Origin: an uncultured Actinomycetes bacterium
GTDB taxonomy: Bacteria > Actinomycetota > Actinomycetes > Streptosporangiales > Streptosporangiaceae
DNA: 64,000 nucleotides
Assembly (NCBI GenBank): GCA_963702235.1
Contig: CAVPBZ010000018.1
Location: 1,198,466-1,262,465, forward strand
Direction: 5' to 3'
Positions within the stretch are counted from its first letter, which is position 1. Every line of letters begins with the position of its first letter. A model generated the notes under the pieces. The model had not been told where the DNA came from. It saw nothing but the letters and a program-made list of their open reading frames with translations, and searched no databases. Position numbers and translations under genes: made by a program. Shown here in pieces: positions 54,611-63,634 of this stretch.

Positions 54611-56791
54611 TCAGGAGGCCGTCGGAGCCTGAACGCACGGATCTGCCGATGAGGCGTCGCCATGTCCGAAAGACGCCCGCAGCGCATCGGTCAGCAATGC
54701 GACCAGTGCCTCGAGCTGCACGTCGGCCGGCGAGAAGACCTCCTGGTCCGACCCGTCCAGCGCCCGGGCGGCAAGCCCCGCCTTGCCGTCGATCAGCCCG
54801 GCGATCCGGGCGTCGATGGTCTGCGCGGCGATGATGCGCCACGCGGTGACCGGTTCGGCCTGCCCGATGCGGTGGCTGCGGTCGATGGCCTGGGTCTGCT
54901 CCGCGTCGGTCCAGGACAGCTCGGCCAGCACGATGTTCGAGGCGACCTGCAGATTCAGGCCCACGCCAGCCGCGGTCAGCGAGCACACCGCGACCCTGAC
55001 GTCCGGGTCGTTCACGAAGGCGTCGACGCTCGCCTGCCGCGCCGTGGGCGTCTGGCCGCCACGGATCGACGAGAAGCGCACCCCCTGCCGGGCGAAGATC
55101 TCTTCGGCGGCGTCCATCACGTCAACGTGCTTGGCGAAGAAGACAACCTTGCCGGCGCTGCGGGCCAGCTGCGTCGCGTAGTCCGCGGCCAGTTCGGCCT
55201 TCGCCTGACCGATGCGCCGCATCATGGTGAACACGTTCTCGCCGGACTGCGCGGTGGTCGCGTCCTTCAGCTCCGACCGGGCCACCGAGCGGACGAGGTC
55301 GTGGTCGATGCCCCCGGCGCCGGCGTCGGAGGATCGGTTCGCGAGCGCGGTCTGGTACCGCGCCGCCATCCGGCTGGCGAGAACCCGTTCTGCCGCCCGG
55401 ATCGACCGGCCGGCCCGTTCGTCCAGCTCGACGGGGAGGTCGGCGATACGGCGGGCGGGGATGTCGGCGGCCACGTCGAGCTTGCGGCGGCGCACGATGC
55501 CGCGGTCGATCACGCACTGGCGCGCCGCGGCGTAGAAGCCCCGGTCGGCGGGCGTCAGGCCGGTGTCCTCAAGCGCGTCCATTAGCTCGTCGAGGGGGTT
55601 GCTGGCGTCGATCCAGCCGAGGAACTGCCAGATCGCCCGGAAGTCCTCGATGTCGTTGATCAGCGGGGTGCCGGTCAGCGCCATCAGCAGGGGCTGGTCC
55701 GTACGGGACCGGATGCGGTCGGAGAGCGCGAGGACGTGCTGCGAGCGCTGCGCGGTCTTGTTCTTGATGAAGTGGGCCTCGTCCACGACCATGCCGCGGA
55801 AGCCGAAGTCGCTGAGCCAGCCCATGTGGCGGTCGAGAACCTCGTAGTTGAGCACGACGATATCGGCGAAGCCGTCGACTGCCTCGCCGTCGCCCTGCAC
55901 CGCGGTGGCCGGGCGACGGGGAGTCCAGCGGGCCGCCTCACGGACCCAGTTGGTCTTGACGACGTTCGGCACGACGACGAGCAGCGGGTAGGCGTTCGCT
56001 GCTTCCGCGGCGAGCAGCGCCTGGGCCGTCTTGCCTAGACCCGGCTCATCAGCGAGCAGGAACGTCCGGTGACCGGCAGCGGCCGCGGCGATCAGCTGCC
56101 CCTGGTGCGGCATCAGTTCCAGGCCCGCCGGGGTGAACCGTGCCGTCGGCGCCGGGAGCGCCATGCACGCCGGGGCTCCCCCGCCGGCACGCTCGAAGGA
56201 ACTCAGCAGCGGGCTGAGCAGCTCCCAGCCGGCCAGGCGGCGCGGACGGGAGGTGAGCTGCGGAACGGCGGAGAAGTCGGGGGCGAGAAAGGGGTTCGCC
56301 AGTTGCCGGGAGATCACCGACTGCGGCACGAGCCGCCGCTCCGAGGCGGAGGAAGCTGTCGCGGTCTCCGCCGGCGCGATCTCTTCGGGCGCCGGCGCGA
56401 TGCCGAGGTCCCGCAGCATCTCACGCTTGAGCGACCGGGCCGCGTCGGAGACGCCGGAGTCCTCGGCGAGCAGCGCGAGCAGCCCAGCGTCCTGGACGGC
56501 GGTCCGTGCGAGGATGGCCGCGATGCCGTCCAGGCGCTTGAGCTGCTCGGCCCGGTGACTGTCGCTTCCGGCCGCCGCCCGGACGCGGGCGCGCTCCTCC
56601 CGCAGCAGCAGGGCGACGGCCTGGAACTTCGTGCGCACGGCAGGCGTCACGCGGCCGCGCTGGGCAGCCGCCTCGACCTCACGGACGGTTCGGGCAAGCA
56701 CCGCGACGACATCGCCCCGGTGGTGGACGCGTTCCCGCTTCCGCGGGGTGGTACGGCGAGCGCCCGTCTGGCGCTGGCCTGGTCGAGCCAC
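54611..56791 (-). CDS. SNF2-family helicase
   Basis: Motif I LADEPGLGKTAQAL, motif II VVDEAHFIKN, LTGTPLIN, and helicase-C (SIRGGQT...GLNLQVASNIVLAELSWT...QAIDRSHRIGQ). GTG 56791 follows AAAGGAGAAG. The 83 codons upstream in the track ORF have poor GC3. Confidence 0.85.
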   Translation of the reverse strand: MARPGQRQTGARRTTPRKRERVHHRGDVVAVLARTVREVEAAAQRGRVTPAVRTKFQAVALLLREERARVRAAAGSDSHRAEQLKRLDGIAAILARTAVQDAGLLALLAEDSGVSDAARSLKREMLRDLGIAPAPEEIAPAETATASSASERRLVPQSVISRQLANPFLAPDFSAVPQLTSRPRRLAGWELLSPLLSSFERAGGGAPACMALPAPTARFTPAGLELMPHQGQLIAAAAAGHRTFLLADEPGLGKTAQALLAAEAANAYPLLVVVPNVVKTNWVREAARWTPRRPATAVQGDGEAVDGFADIVVLNYEVLDRHMGWLSDFGFRGMVVDEAHFIKNKTAQRSQHVLALSDRIRSRTDQPLLMALTGTPLINDIEDFRAIWQFLGWIDASNPLDELMDALEDTGLTPADRGFYAAARQCVIDRGIVRRRKLDVAADIPARRIADLPVELDERAGRSIRAAERVLASRMAARYQTALANRSSDAGAGGIDHDLVRSVARSELKDATTAQSGENVFTMMRRIGQAKAELAADYATQLARSAGKVVFFAKHVDVMDAAEEIFARQGVRFSSIRGGQTPTARQASVDAFVNDPDVRVAVCSLTAAGVGLNLQVASNIVLAELSWTDAEQTQAIDRSHRIGQAEPVTAWRIIAAQTIDARIAGLIDGKAGLAARALDGSDQEVFSPADVQLEALVALLTDALRASFGHGDASSADPCVQAPTAS

Positions 56792-57290
56792 AGACTTCTC
56801 CTTTGGAATGCCGGGCCACGGCCACGGCAGCATGCCGCACAGTCCCGCGGCCGGGGCGAGAAACGTCCCGAGCAGCGGGCCTGGTGCTTCGAACGCCGAG
56901 CCGGCTTGCGGATCTCCGTCGATCGGCGCAGGGCGCCTCGGCAGGTCTCTTACACGAACCCGAGCCATCGGTGAGTGGGCCGTGATCACGGCACGGGAAA
57001 CGCCGTCGGACGACCGGCTCGGTTCTCGGAGACCACTCATGTTAACGCCTGCGAGGGCGCATAATTCCCGGCCGCACTACGGCTGAACGCCCTCAATTGC
57101 CGTCGCCGGCGTGCGCCGTCATCGACTCCGAACGGCGCCTGACGCCGACTTGGGCGCTACCTCTGCGCTCGGCGAAGGTGCTCCGATCACCTACTCTGCA
57201 TGGGCCCCCGGATGGTGCGCGGTGTCTCCTTTGACGACCACCTCGACCGCGATGATCTGGTCGTCAGGCTGCCGCAGTTCCATCCGCTCG

Positions 57291-57587
57291 TCATTCCCAG
57301 CGCGCGGCGTTGAGACGCAAAACGACCTCGACGATCGCGCCCTCCCCGATCGCCTCCGCTCGCTGCACCGCCACCTTGACGGGCACCAGGTAGCGCCCGT
57401 CCTTGGGGAACAGCGCAGTGGTGAACTCGGTCTCGCCGATGGTGACGTGGACCGGCACCTGGCCCCAGTAGATCAGGCCGCGGGCTGCCTCCTTGAGATC
57501 CTCGCTTTCCTCCGGCGTCATGGCCACGAAGAGGTACGGCGCCGGTCCGCGCCACTCGATCACCTCGCCGGTGAAAGTCCACTCCAT
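57291..57587 (-). CDS. DUF1905-family protein
   Basis: MEWTFTGEVIEWRGPAPYLFVAMTPEES...VHVTIGETEFTTALFPKDGRYLVPVKVAVQRAE. Confidence 0.65.
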   Translation of the reverse strand: MEWTFTGEVIEWRGPAPYLFVAMTPEESEDLKEAARGLIYWGQVPVHVTIGETEFTTALFPKDGRYLVPVKVAVQRAEAIGEGAIVEVVLRLNAARWE

Positions 57588-57664
57588 GCGCCCATCATCG
57601 GAGATGTGCCCATGCGTCGGGGACGCGGCTCCATACCGGACGTGTGTCGGTCTCACGTCAGGAC

Positions 57665-57683
57665 GCGCACTCTCATGCCGCTG
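57665..57683. repeat. 19-nt exact repeat, copy 2 (upstream of the DUF1905 gene)
   Basis: gcgcactctcatgccgctg. Confidence 0.8.
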
Positions 57684-57821
57684 TTACTGTCCAAAAAGTC
57701 TTTGCCACCGGTTCGCCGGACGGCGGGGCCAACCTTTGCTCATGGCTGGACCTGCGTGACGGTGAACGAAGACCGCGGCGGCGGGCCCGGCCCCGTGGTT
57801 CGAGGCGGGCGGTGAGGCAGA

Positions 57822-59168
57822 ATGGCCCGCGTGTCCCAGCCTCCGGCCGATGCGTACCGGGCACGCCGTCAGCGGCTGCTGGCTGGTGTGTCGGCGCGGT
57901 TGCGGGAAGCTGGCATCAGGGCCACGTTCGAGCCGCTGGAAAGGTATTACGATTTCTACGGCTCGCGGCCCGATGGCTTGACTGGTCTTGTTGTGCGCCA
58001 GCCTGCTGGTGGGGCCCGGATGCAGGTGACGGTCGTCAGCGTGCGCCGGATCGTGCCGCCCGGGGATGGCGGCCTTTCCGGCGACGGGCGCGAGTGGGTT
58101 CGTGACCTGGATGTGAATTACGACCTCGACGCCGACGGTGATGTCGTCTTCGAAGTCACTACGCTGGAGGACCCCGACGCGGGCCTGGGTCATTCACGCG
58201 CCACCTCGGCGATGCGCCGCCTGACCCACGACAATCAGGCCGTAGCCGACGCGGTCCGGCTCTGGCACGGCTACCGGCAGTCGCTGCGCTGTGTCCCGCC
58301 GGCGCCTCACCCGGACCGCAACCGCGCCCGGGTGATCCGCCAGATCGCCGCCCGCCGGTCGGCCGCCGCCGTGGCGCAGGTCCGGGAAAGCGCAGCCGCG
58401 TGGGCGGTACCGCCGCAGCAGCGCCCAGCTCTTGCCGCGCACCTGGCGCAGCTCGATCACGGCCAGCTGTGCTTCCACTTCTTCCCCCGCAACCCCAATG
58501 GCGGCTATGCCCAACGCGCTGTCGTCGCGCTCGCCGGCTACGGGGCAGGTCTGGGCAAGCGCGGGCCGTGGCTGGCTGTGCGAGCCGACGGCGACACCCT
58601 CGTGGCCGGCGTCGAGGAGCTGATCGGTGACAACCAGGACCACCGGTGGGACAACACGCCGTGGCTATGGAACACCACGCATCGCAACGCCGACGCCGGG
58701 CAACGGTGGCAGGTACCCGGCGCCGCGCACGCACGCCCGATCGTGACCCTGCTTGACCAGCACGCGGTGGCAGAGGCGCTCACCGTCGCAGGGGTCGATG
58801 TCGGTGCCGACATCGCTGCCCTGCTGGCCGGGTATCCCACCTGTTACCTGCGCGCCGAGCACACCGGAACATGGGTCAAACGGCTGTACGGACAGCTGCA
58901 GAACTCAGCACCATGGCGTTTTGCCACCGCGTACCGGATCTGGCAGCGGGAACACCAGACGGCGCGCCGGCCGGTCAACCGTCCCATACCGCTGTTCGGC
59001 TTGAGGGGGCTGAACCAGGCACGCAAGCCCATGATCGCAGTCGAGCTACAAGACGGTATGCCGCGCCTGCTGATGATATGGACCGCGAGCAATTCCCGGC
59101 TGCCGCGCACGCTCTGGGAACGCCCGGCCGACCTCGAGGCCACCCTGCTGGCCGGCCCCACGAGCTGA
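57822..59168 (+). CDS. hypothetical protein (448 aa), no recognisable domain
   Basis: Long open frame with host-like GC3, divergent from the DUF1905 and SNF2 genes. Confidence 0.55.
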   Translation: MARVSQPPADAYRARRQRLLAGVSARLREAGIRATFEPLERYYDFYGSRPDGLTGLVVRQPAGGARMQVTVVSVRRIVPPGDGGLSGDGREWVRDLDVNYDLDADGDVVFEVTTLEDPDAGLGHSRATSAMRRLTHDNQAVADAVRLWHGYRQSLRCVPPAPHPDRNRARVIRQIAARRSAAAVAQVRESAAAWAVPPQQRPALAAHLAQLDHGQLCFHFFPRNPNGGYAQRAVVALAGYGAGLGKRGPWLAVRADGDTLVAGVEELIGDNQDHRWDNTPWLWNTTHRNADAGQRWQVPGAAHARPIVTLLDQHAVAEALTVAGVDVGADIAALLAGYPTCYLRAEHTGTWVKRLYGQLQNSAPWRFATAYRIWQREHQTARRPVNRPIPLFGLRGLNQARKPMIAVELQDGMPRLLMIWTASNSRLPRTLWERPADLEATLLAGPTS

Positions 59169-59656
59169 CCGGGACGCGGCAGCATTCGCCGCCTTCCGCA
59201 GGCCGACGGCGCGAACTTCGCGTTCCCCGCCAGTCATCTGGCCCGAGAAGCGCTGCTCCCTTCAGCGGTACTCATTTGCCGTGTGGCGTGCGTGTGGCGG
59301 GAGCTAGTGACTCTGGTGGGGTTGGCGTCACTAGATGTGGTGAGCAATTAAGGTTCCGGCCGCTTCCCCGGACCATTGCCCCACCTTCGGGTCTTGCGCT
59401 GGGGCCGTTCCATGGCCGGGCGTCCGCGGCCCTGATCGCGCGGCGGTGCTGCCCGCTGGCTGCGACCTCGGCGGCGTGCGCGTGGATCGGGTGCGCTTCG
59501 CCGCGGACCGAGAGCTGAGCAATCGCTGCTCGGTCGAGTGCGCGGTCATCGAGGCTGGCTGTCTAGGCTCGGCTCGGTGCGAAGGCGCAGGCAAGCCCAG
59601 GAAGCTAAGGGATCATATGCTGACACCGCAATCGCGCCCGGCTGTGAAGGAAGCAC

Positions 59657-60916
59657 ATGCCCGCCCTGTCGCTGCTGCCCCGCTCCGCTGTTGTCGATGG
59701 CGACGACCTGCGGATCGGCGGCTGCCTGCTCCGCGAGCTGGCGGCCGAGTTCGGCACGCCGGCGTTCGTCATCGACGAGCAAGCGCTGCGCGCACGCGCG
59801 CGCGAGTACATCAGTGCCTTCCAGAGCCGGCATCCACGGACCCGCGTCTGCTTCGCGGCGAAGGCATTCCCGTCAGCGTCCATGATCAGGATTTTCGCCC
59901 AGGAAGGCCTGGGATGCGACGTCGTCGGCGGCGGCGAGCTCCGGATCGCGCTCGCGGCCGGCGTCCCCCCGTCGAAGATCGTCATGCACGGCAACGCCAA
60001 GACCGATGCCGACATCCAGGCCGCCCTCGACGCCCGCATCGGGTACATCGCCGTCGACGGCTTCGACGACATCGACCGTATCGAGAAACTCGCCCGCGAC
60101 GTCACCCCCGTGCTGCTGCGGGTCAGTCCTGGCATCGACTCGGCCACGCACGCGGCGCTGGCGACCGGCGGCGCCACGTCCAAATTCGGCGTCCCGGCCG
60201 AGCAGGTACCGCAGGCGATGGCCCGGATGAGTGCGGTGCCCACGATTGACCTGCGGGGGCTGCACGCGCACATCGGCTCGCAGATCCTTGACCTGGATCA
60301 GTTCGAGGCCGAGGTCGCCGCGCTGGCCAGCATGAAGAGGCTCGGCGTGTACGACTTCGGCGGCGGCCTCGGCGTGCGCTATGTGCCCGAAGACGTCGCG
60401 CCCAGCATCGATGAGTACGCCGGCCGGCTGGTCTCGGCGGCGCGCCGCCACCTGGGCGACGACGTCGACCTCCTGGTCGAGCCCGGCCGGTCACTGGTTG
60501 CCCCGGTGGGTCTCACCCTCTACCGCGTGGTCACCGTCAAGCGGGCGGCCCGCACCCATGTCGCGGTCGATGGCGGGATGGGCGACAACCTCGAGCCCTC
60601 GCTGTATGGTCAGCGTTTCACGCCCCTGGTGGTCGGGCGGTGGAACGCCGCGCAGGTGCGGGCCGACCTGGTCGGGCGGCACTGCGAGTCAGGCGACGTG
60701 ATAACCGCCGATGCCATGCTGGCCAGCCCGCAGGTCGGGGACTTGCTCGTCGTCCCGGTGACCGGCGCGTACTGCTTCACCATGTGCAACAACTACAACG
60801 CGGCGCTGCGGCCGCCGGTCATCTTCTGCGCCGACGGGGTGGCGAGGCTCGCGGTCCGGCGGGAGACCGACGCCGACCTAATGGCACGCGAGGTCGCGCC
60901 CGCTGACTTCCGGTAA
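59657..60916 (+). CDS. lysA: diaminopimelate decarboxylase
   Basis: FGTPAFVIDE, FAAKAF (PLP Lys), HGNAK, HAHIGSQI, EPGRSLVA, CESGD. Confidence 0.9.
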   Translation: MPALSLLPRSAVVDGDDLRIGGCLLRELAAEFGTPAFVIDEQALRARAREYISAFQSRHPRTRVCFAAKAFPSASMIRIFAQEGLGCDVVGGGELRIALAAGVPPSKIVMHGNAKTDADIQAALDARIGYIAVDGFDDIDRIEKLARDVTPVLLRVSPGIDSATHAALATGGATSKFGVPAEQVPQAMARMSAVPTIDLRGLHAHIGSQILDLDQFEAEVAALASMKRLGVYDFGGGLGVRYVPEDVAPSIDEYAGRLVSAARRHLGDDVDLLVEPGRSLVAPVGLTLYRVVTVKRAARTHVAVDGGMGDNLEPSLYGQRFTPLVVGRWNAAQVRADLVGRHCESGDVITADAMLASPQVGDLLVVPVTGAYCFTMCNNYNAALRPPVIFCADGVARLAVRRETDADLMAREVAPADFR

Positions 60917-61326
60917 GCAGCTGGCGCGAATAACTGCGGCGACCGCTATCCGCGTGATCGCGGCCGACTCCGGCCCTAACCGCCAGGTCGGCCGGCGGTC
61001 AGTCACCATAGAGGCAGTCAGGCAAAAGATCGACTCATTTACCGCTCATGCCGCTAGCGACTACACCGCCGGGCGACTTGGCAACCAGCCCGTAGCCTCC
61101 GGCGAAGCATTTATCCAGCGAATCCTCAACCGGCAGAATCACTGAGCAGAGCAGCGGGTCGCCTCCACAGAACGAGGCGTTGGCTTCCCCGCAGACCGGC
61201 AAACCGGCGAGCAACTCCAGCACTTGGCGGTGGGCCTCGGTCCGCCTGAGTCATCGGCTCCGTCGGCAACGGCTCTGGCTCACCTGCTGCTCGTGTTGAA
61301 GGGTGCTCTTCCTGCCGGGAGATTGA

Positions 61327-61608
61327 CCGCTGGTCAGACGCGGCGACCGGATGGACCGCCACGCCGCCACCCGCCGCCTGCAGCGACTCGCCGAGGACGC
61401 GGCCGTGCCGATTACCAGGCCGCACCCGCACATGCTCCGCCATACGTTCGTCACGACCATGCTCGACGCCGGCGTGGATCTGCGGGACGTCCAGATCGCC
61501 GCCCGCCACGCCGACCCTCGCACCACGATGCGATATGACAGGGCCCGCAAGAACCTCGACCGCCACCCGAACTACATCCTGGCCGCCTACATGGCCTCCG
61601 GTACCTGA
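61327..61608 (+). pseudogene. tyrosine recombinase/integrase C-terminal stub
   Basis: HPHMLRHTFVTTMLDAGVDLRDVQIAARHADPRTTMRYD covers the H-x-x-R and catalytic Tyr region only. An in-frame TGA lies at 61324 and no N-terminal domain is present. Confidence 0.7.
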
Positions 61609-61767
61609 CCGAGCCCGCGTTCCCCGCGTCGCAGGCCCGGGAGACGCTCGGCATTGCCGATGAGCGAGCGACGGTCGTTGCCTCCTTGGCCGCGGTCGTC
61701 GAATTCAGGCAACCGCAAATGGCTTGCCGGTGCCGCCCGCCTGCGATTAGGTGGCGCTGTGAGTGAC

Positions 61768-62298
61768 ATGTGGACCGCCGCCGAGGATGACCCCAGAAGC
61801 TACGGCAACCCCGTCGGCGAGAAGGCGACCTACCGGGAGTACCTCGGCAACTACCGCCTGACCATAGAGATGAAGTGCGACGGGCTGGACGCCGGCCAGC
61901 TCGCCCGGCGCTCGGTACCGCCCAGCACCCTGAGTTTGCTCGGCCTGGTCCGTCACCTGGCTCAGGTGGAGAACCACTGGTTCCAGCGGGTGCTGCAGGG
62001 CAGGACCGACGCACCCCGCCTTTACAAGCGGGAGGACGACCCGGAATGGGACTTCGGGGGCGCGGCGCCTGACCCTGCGGTGGTCAAGGACGCCTTCGCC
62101 GCCTGGAAGGCCGAAATCGCCAAGGCCGACGAATGGCTCGACGCGTTCGACGAGGCCAACCTGGGCCGCGAGGTGCCGACCGACGGTGGCACCGTCACAC
62201 CGCGCGACGTGCTTGTCCACGTGATCGAGGAGTACGCGCGGCACGCCGGCCACGCCGATCTCCTGCGCGAGTGCATCGATGGGCGCACCGGCCAATGA
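61768..62298 (+). CDS. DinB-family (DUF664/mycothiol-transferase-like) protein
   Basis: GLVRHLAQVENHWF ... VIEEYARHAGHADLLRECIDGRTG, the typical DinB_2/DUF664 metal-binding His pattern. Confidence 0.75.
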   Translation: MWTAAEDDPRSYGNPVGEKATYREYLGNYRLTIEMKCDGLDAGQLARRSVPPSTLSLLGLVRHLAQVENHWFQRVLQGRTDAPRLYKREDDPEWDFGGAAPDPAVVKDAFAAWKAEIAKADEWLDAFDEANLGREVPTDGGTVTPRDVLVHVIEEYARHAGHADLLRECIDGRTGQ

Positions 62299-62672
62299 TC
62301 CACCGGGCGCGCAGCCGATGTCAGGACCGCCGTCAGGCCACTACCACACCGCGCGGAACGGCACTTCAATGCTGTCGGCCGTTCCGTCATGTCCATCCCG
62401 CACGCCTCGCCCAACTCGACCGGGCGCTCAGCTGTCCGCGCCGGTCATGCCGAAAGTAGTGCGTTATCCCAGCACATTCTCCTACGTAGCCTCAGAGATG
62501 GTCGGTCCGCATTTGCAATGGCCGGGTGGTGCCGTGCGTCGGCTCGATGCTGTGGCTGGCCGAGTGATTGGCCTCAGCGCATGTGAAGCGGCCAGCCGAC
62601 CGTCTCCCCAACACGGCCTCATGTGAGCGAGGCGTGACGCTGTCGAGACTTCTGCCCGGAACATCGTGCAAA

Positions 62673-63570
62673 TTAGCCTTGGTTGGCAGGCTGGAGGAGG
62701 TCTCCGAGACCGATGCGTTGGTAAAAGAGCTTGCGGATATGGTCTCCGACGGCATTGACCGTTTCCGCCCCGTCGTCGGAGGGGTCGATGTGGACACGGA
62801 ACGGCCGCTTTCCCTTGGGCAGATCGACGACTCGGGCTATCTGCACGGCGACTTCCTGCGGGTCGGCGTCGTCGGGCGCGAGGTCGGCGAGCTTTTGGCT
62901 CACGTCATCCATCAGCCCGGAGTACCGGGTGTCGTAGGCAGCCGCAACGTCTTTGTCGTCGGGGTGGCCGGCGTGGGCGAAGTGGTTCGTGCCGGTGGTG
63001 AATGAACCGGGAACGATGATGACGGTGTCTATACCGAAGCGGGCGAGTTCGACCGCGTAGCTGACGGCGAGCGAGTCTTCGGCCGCTTTCGCGGCGAAGT
63101 AGGGGCCGAGGTAGGGCGGAGTACCGCCCCGAGTGCTGGTGGAATCCGACCCACACGAGCAAGCCGTCACCGCGCTCGCGCATGTGCGGCAACGCGGCGC
63201 GGTTGAGGCGCTGTGTGGACAGCACGTTGACGTCGTACATCTCGATCAGTTGATCCACTGTGAACGCTTCCGCGGGTCCCACCACCATGTGGCCGGCGTT
63301 GTGCACGATGACGTCGAGTTGGCCTTGCTCATCGATGATGAGTGCCACAGCCTCGTCGACGCTGTCCAGGCTGGAAACATCGAGTTCGATGGCTCGGAGG
63401 TCGACATCGTGCTCGGCGGCGTAGTGGTGTACCTCCTCGGCAGCGTCGGAGTTGTGTCCGTCGACATCGCGCATGCCGGCGTAGACGGTGTGTCCGGCGT
63501 TCGCGAGTTCGCGGACCGTCATGGCACCGAAGCCGCTCGAGGCGCCGGTGACAGCGATGGTCTTGCGCAT
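62673..63570 (-). pseudogene. short-chain dehydrogenase/reductase, frameshifted as sequenced
   Basis: MRKTIAVTGASSGFG...VHNAG...GLLVWV (frame of 62905..63984) continues as SDSTSTRGGTPPYLGPYFAAKAA... (frame of 62673..63170). The break is near 63146-63154. Confidence 0.75.
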
Positions 63571-63634
63571 GGTGAGTGCTCCTTTAGGAGTGGTAGCGCC
63601 TCGACGCACGACGACGTCGCTGGCCAGCAGACGG

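Noticed and set aside
54611-59168. SNF2 helicase neighbourhood as a bona fide phage-defence system (DISARM/Zorya-like).
   Set aside because: No methyltransferase, PLD/HNH nuclease, DUF1998, ZorA/B-like or SWIM partner occurs in any frame. The helicase looks like the common actinobacterial HelZ-type. It is kept only as a low-weight hypothesis in the findings.
59169-59656. Lysine riboswitch (L-box) in front of lysA.
   Set aside because: I could not find the conserved L-box core segments by eye. A covariance-model scan is needed before any call.
60954-61223. Two overlapping short ORFs on opposite strands: a 63-aa plus-strand ORF and a 62-aa Cys-rich minus-strand ORF (LPVCGEANASFCGGDPLLC).
   Set aside because: Both have equal, mediocre GC3 bias, no RBS and no recognisable family. 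I cannot tell which, if either, is real.
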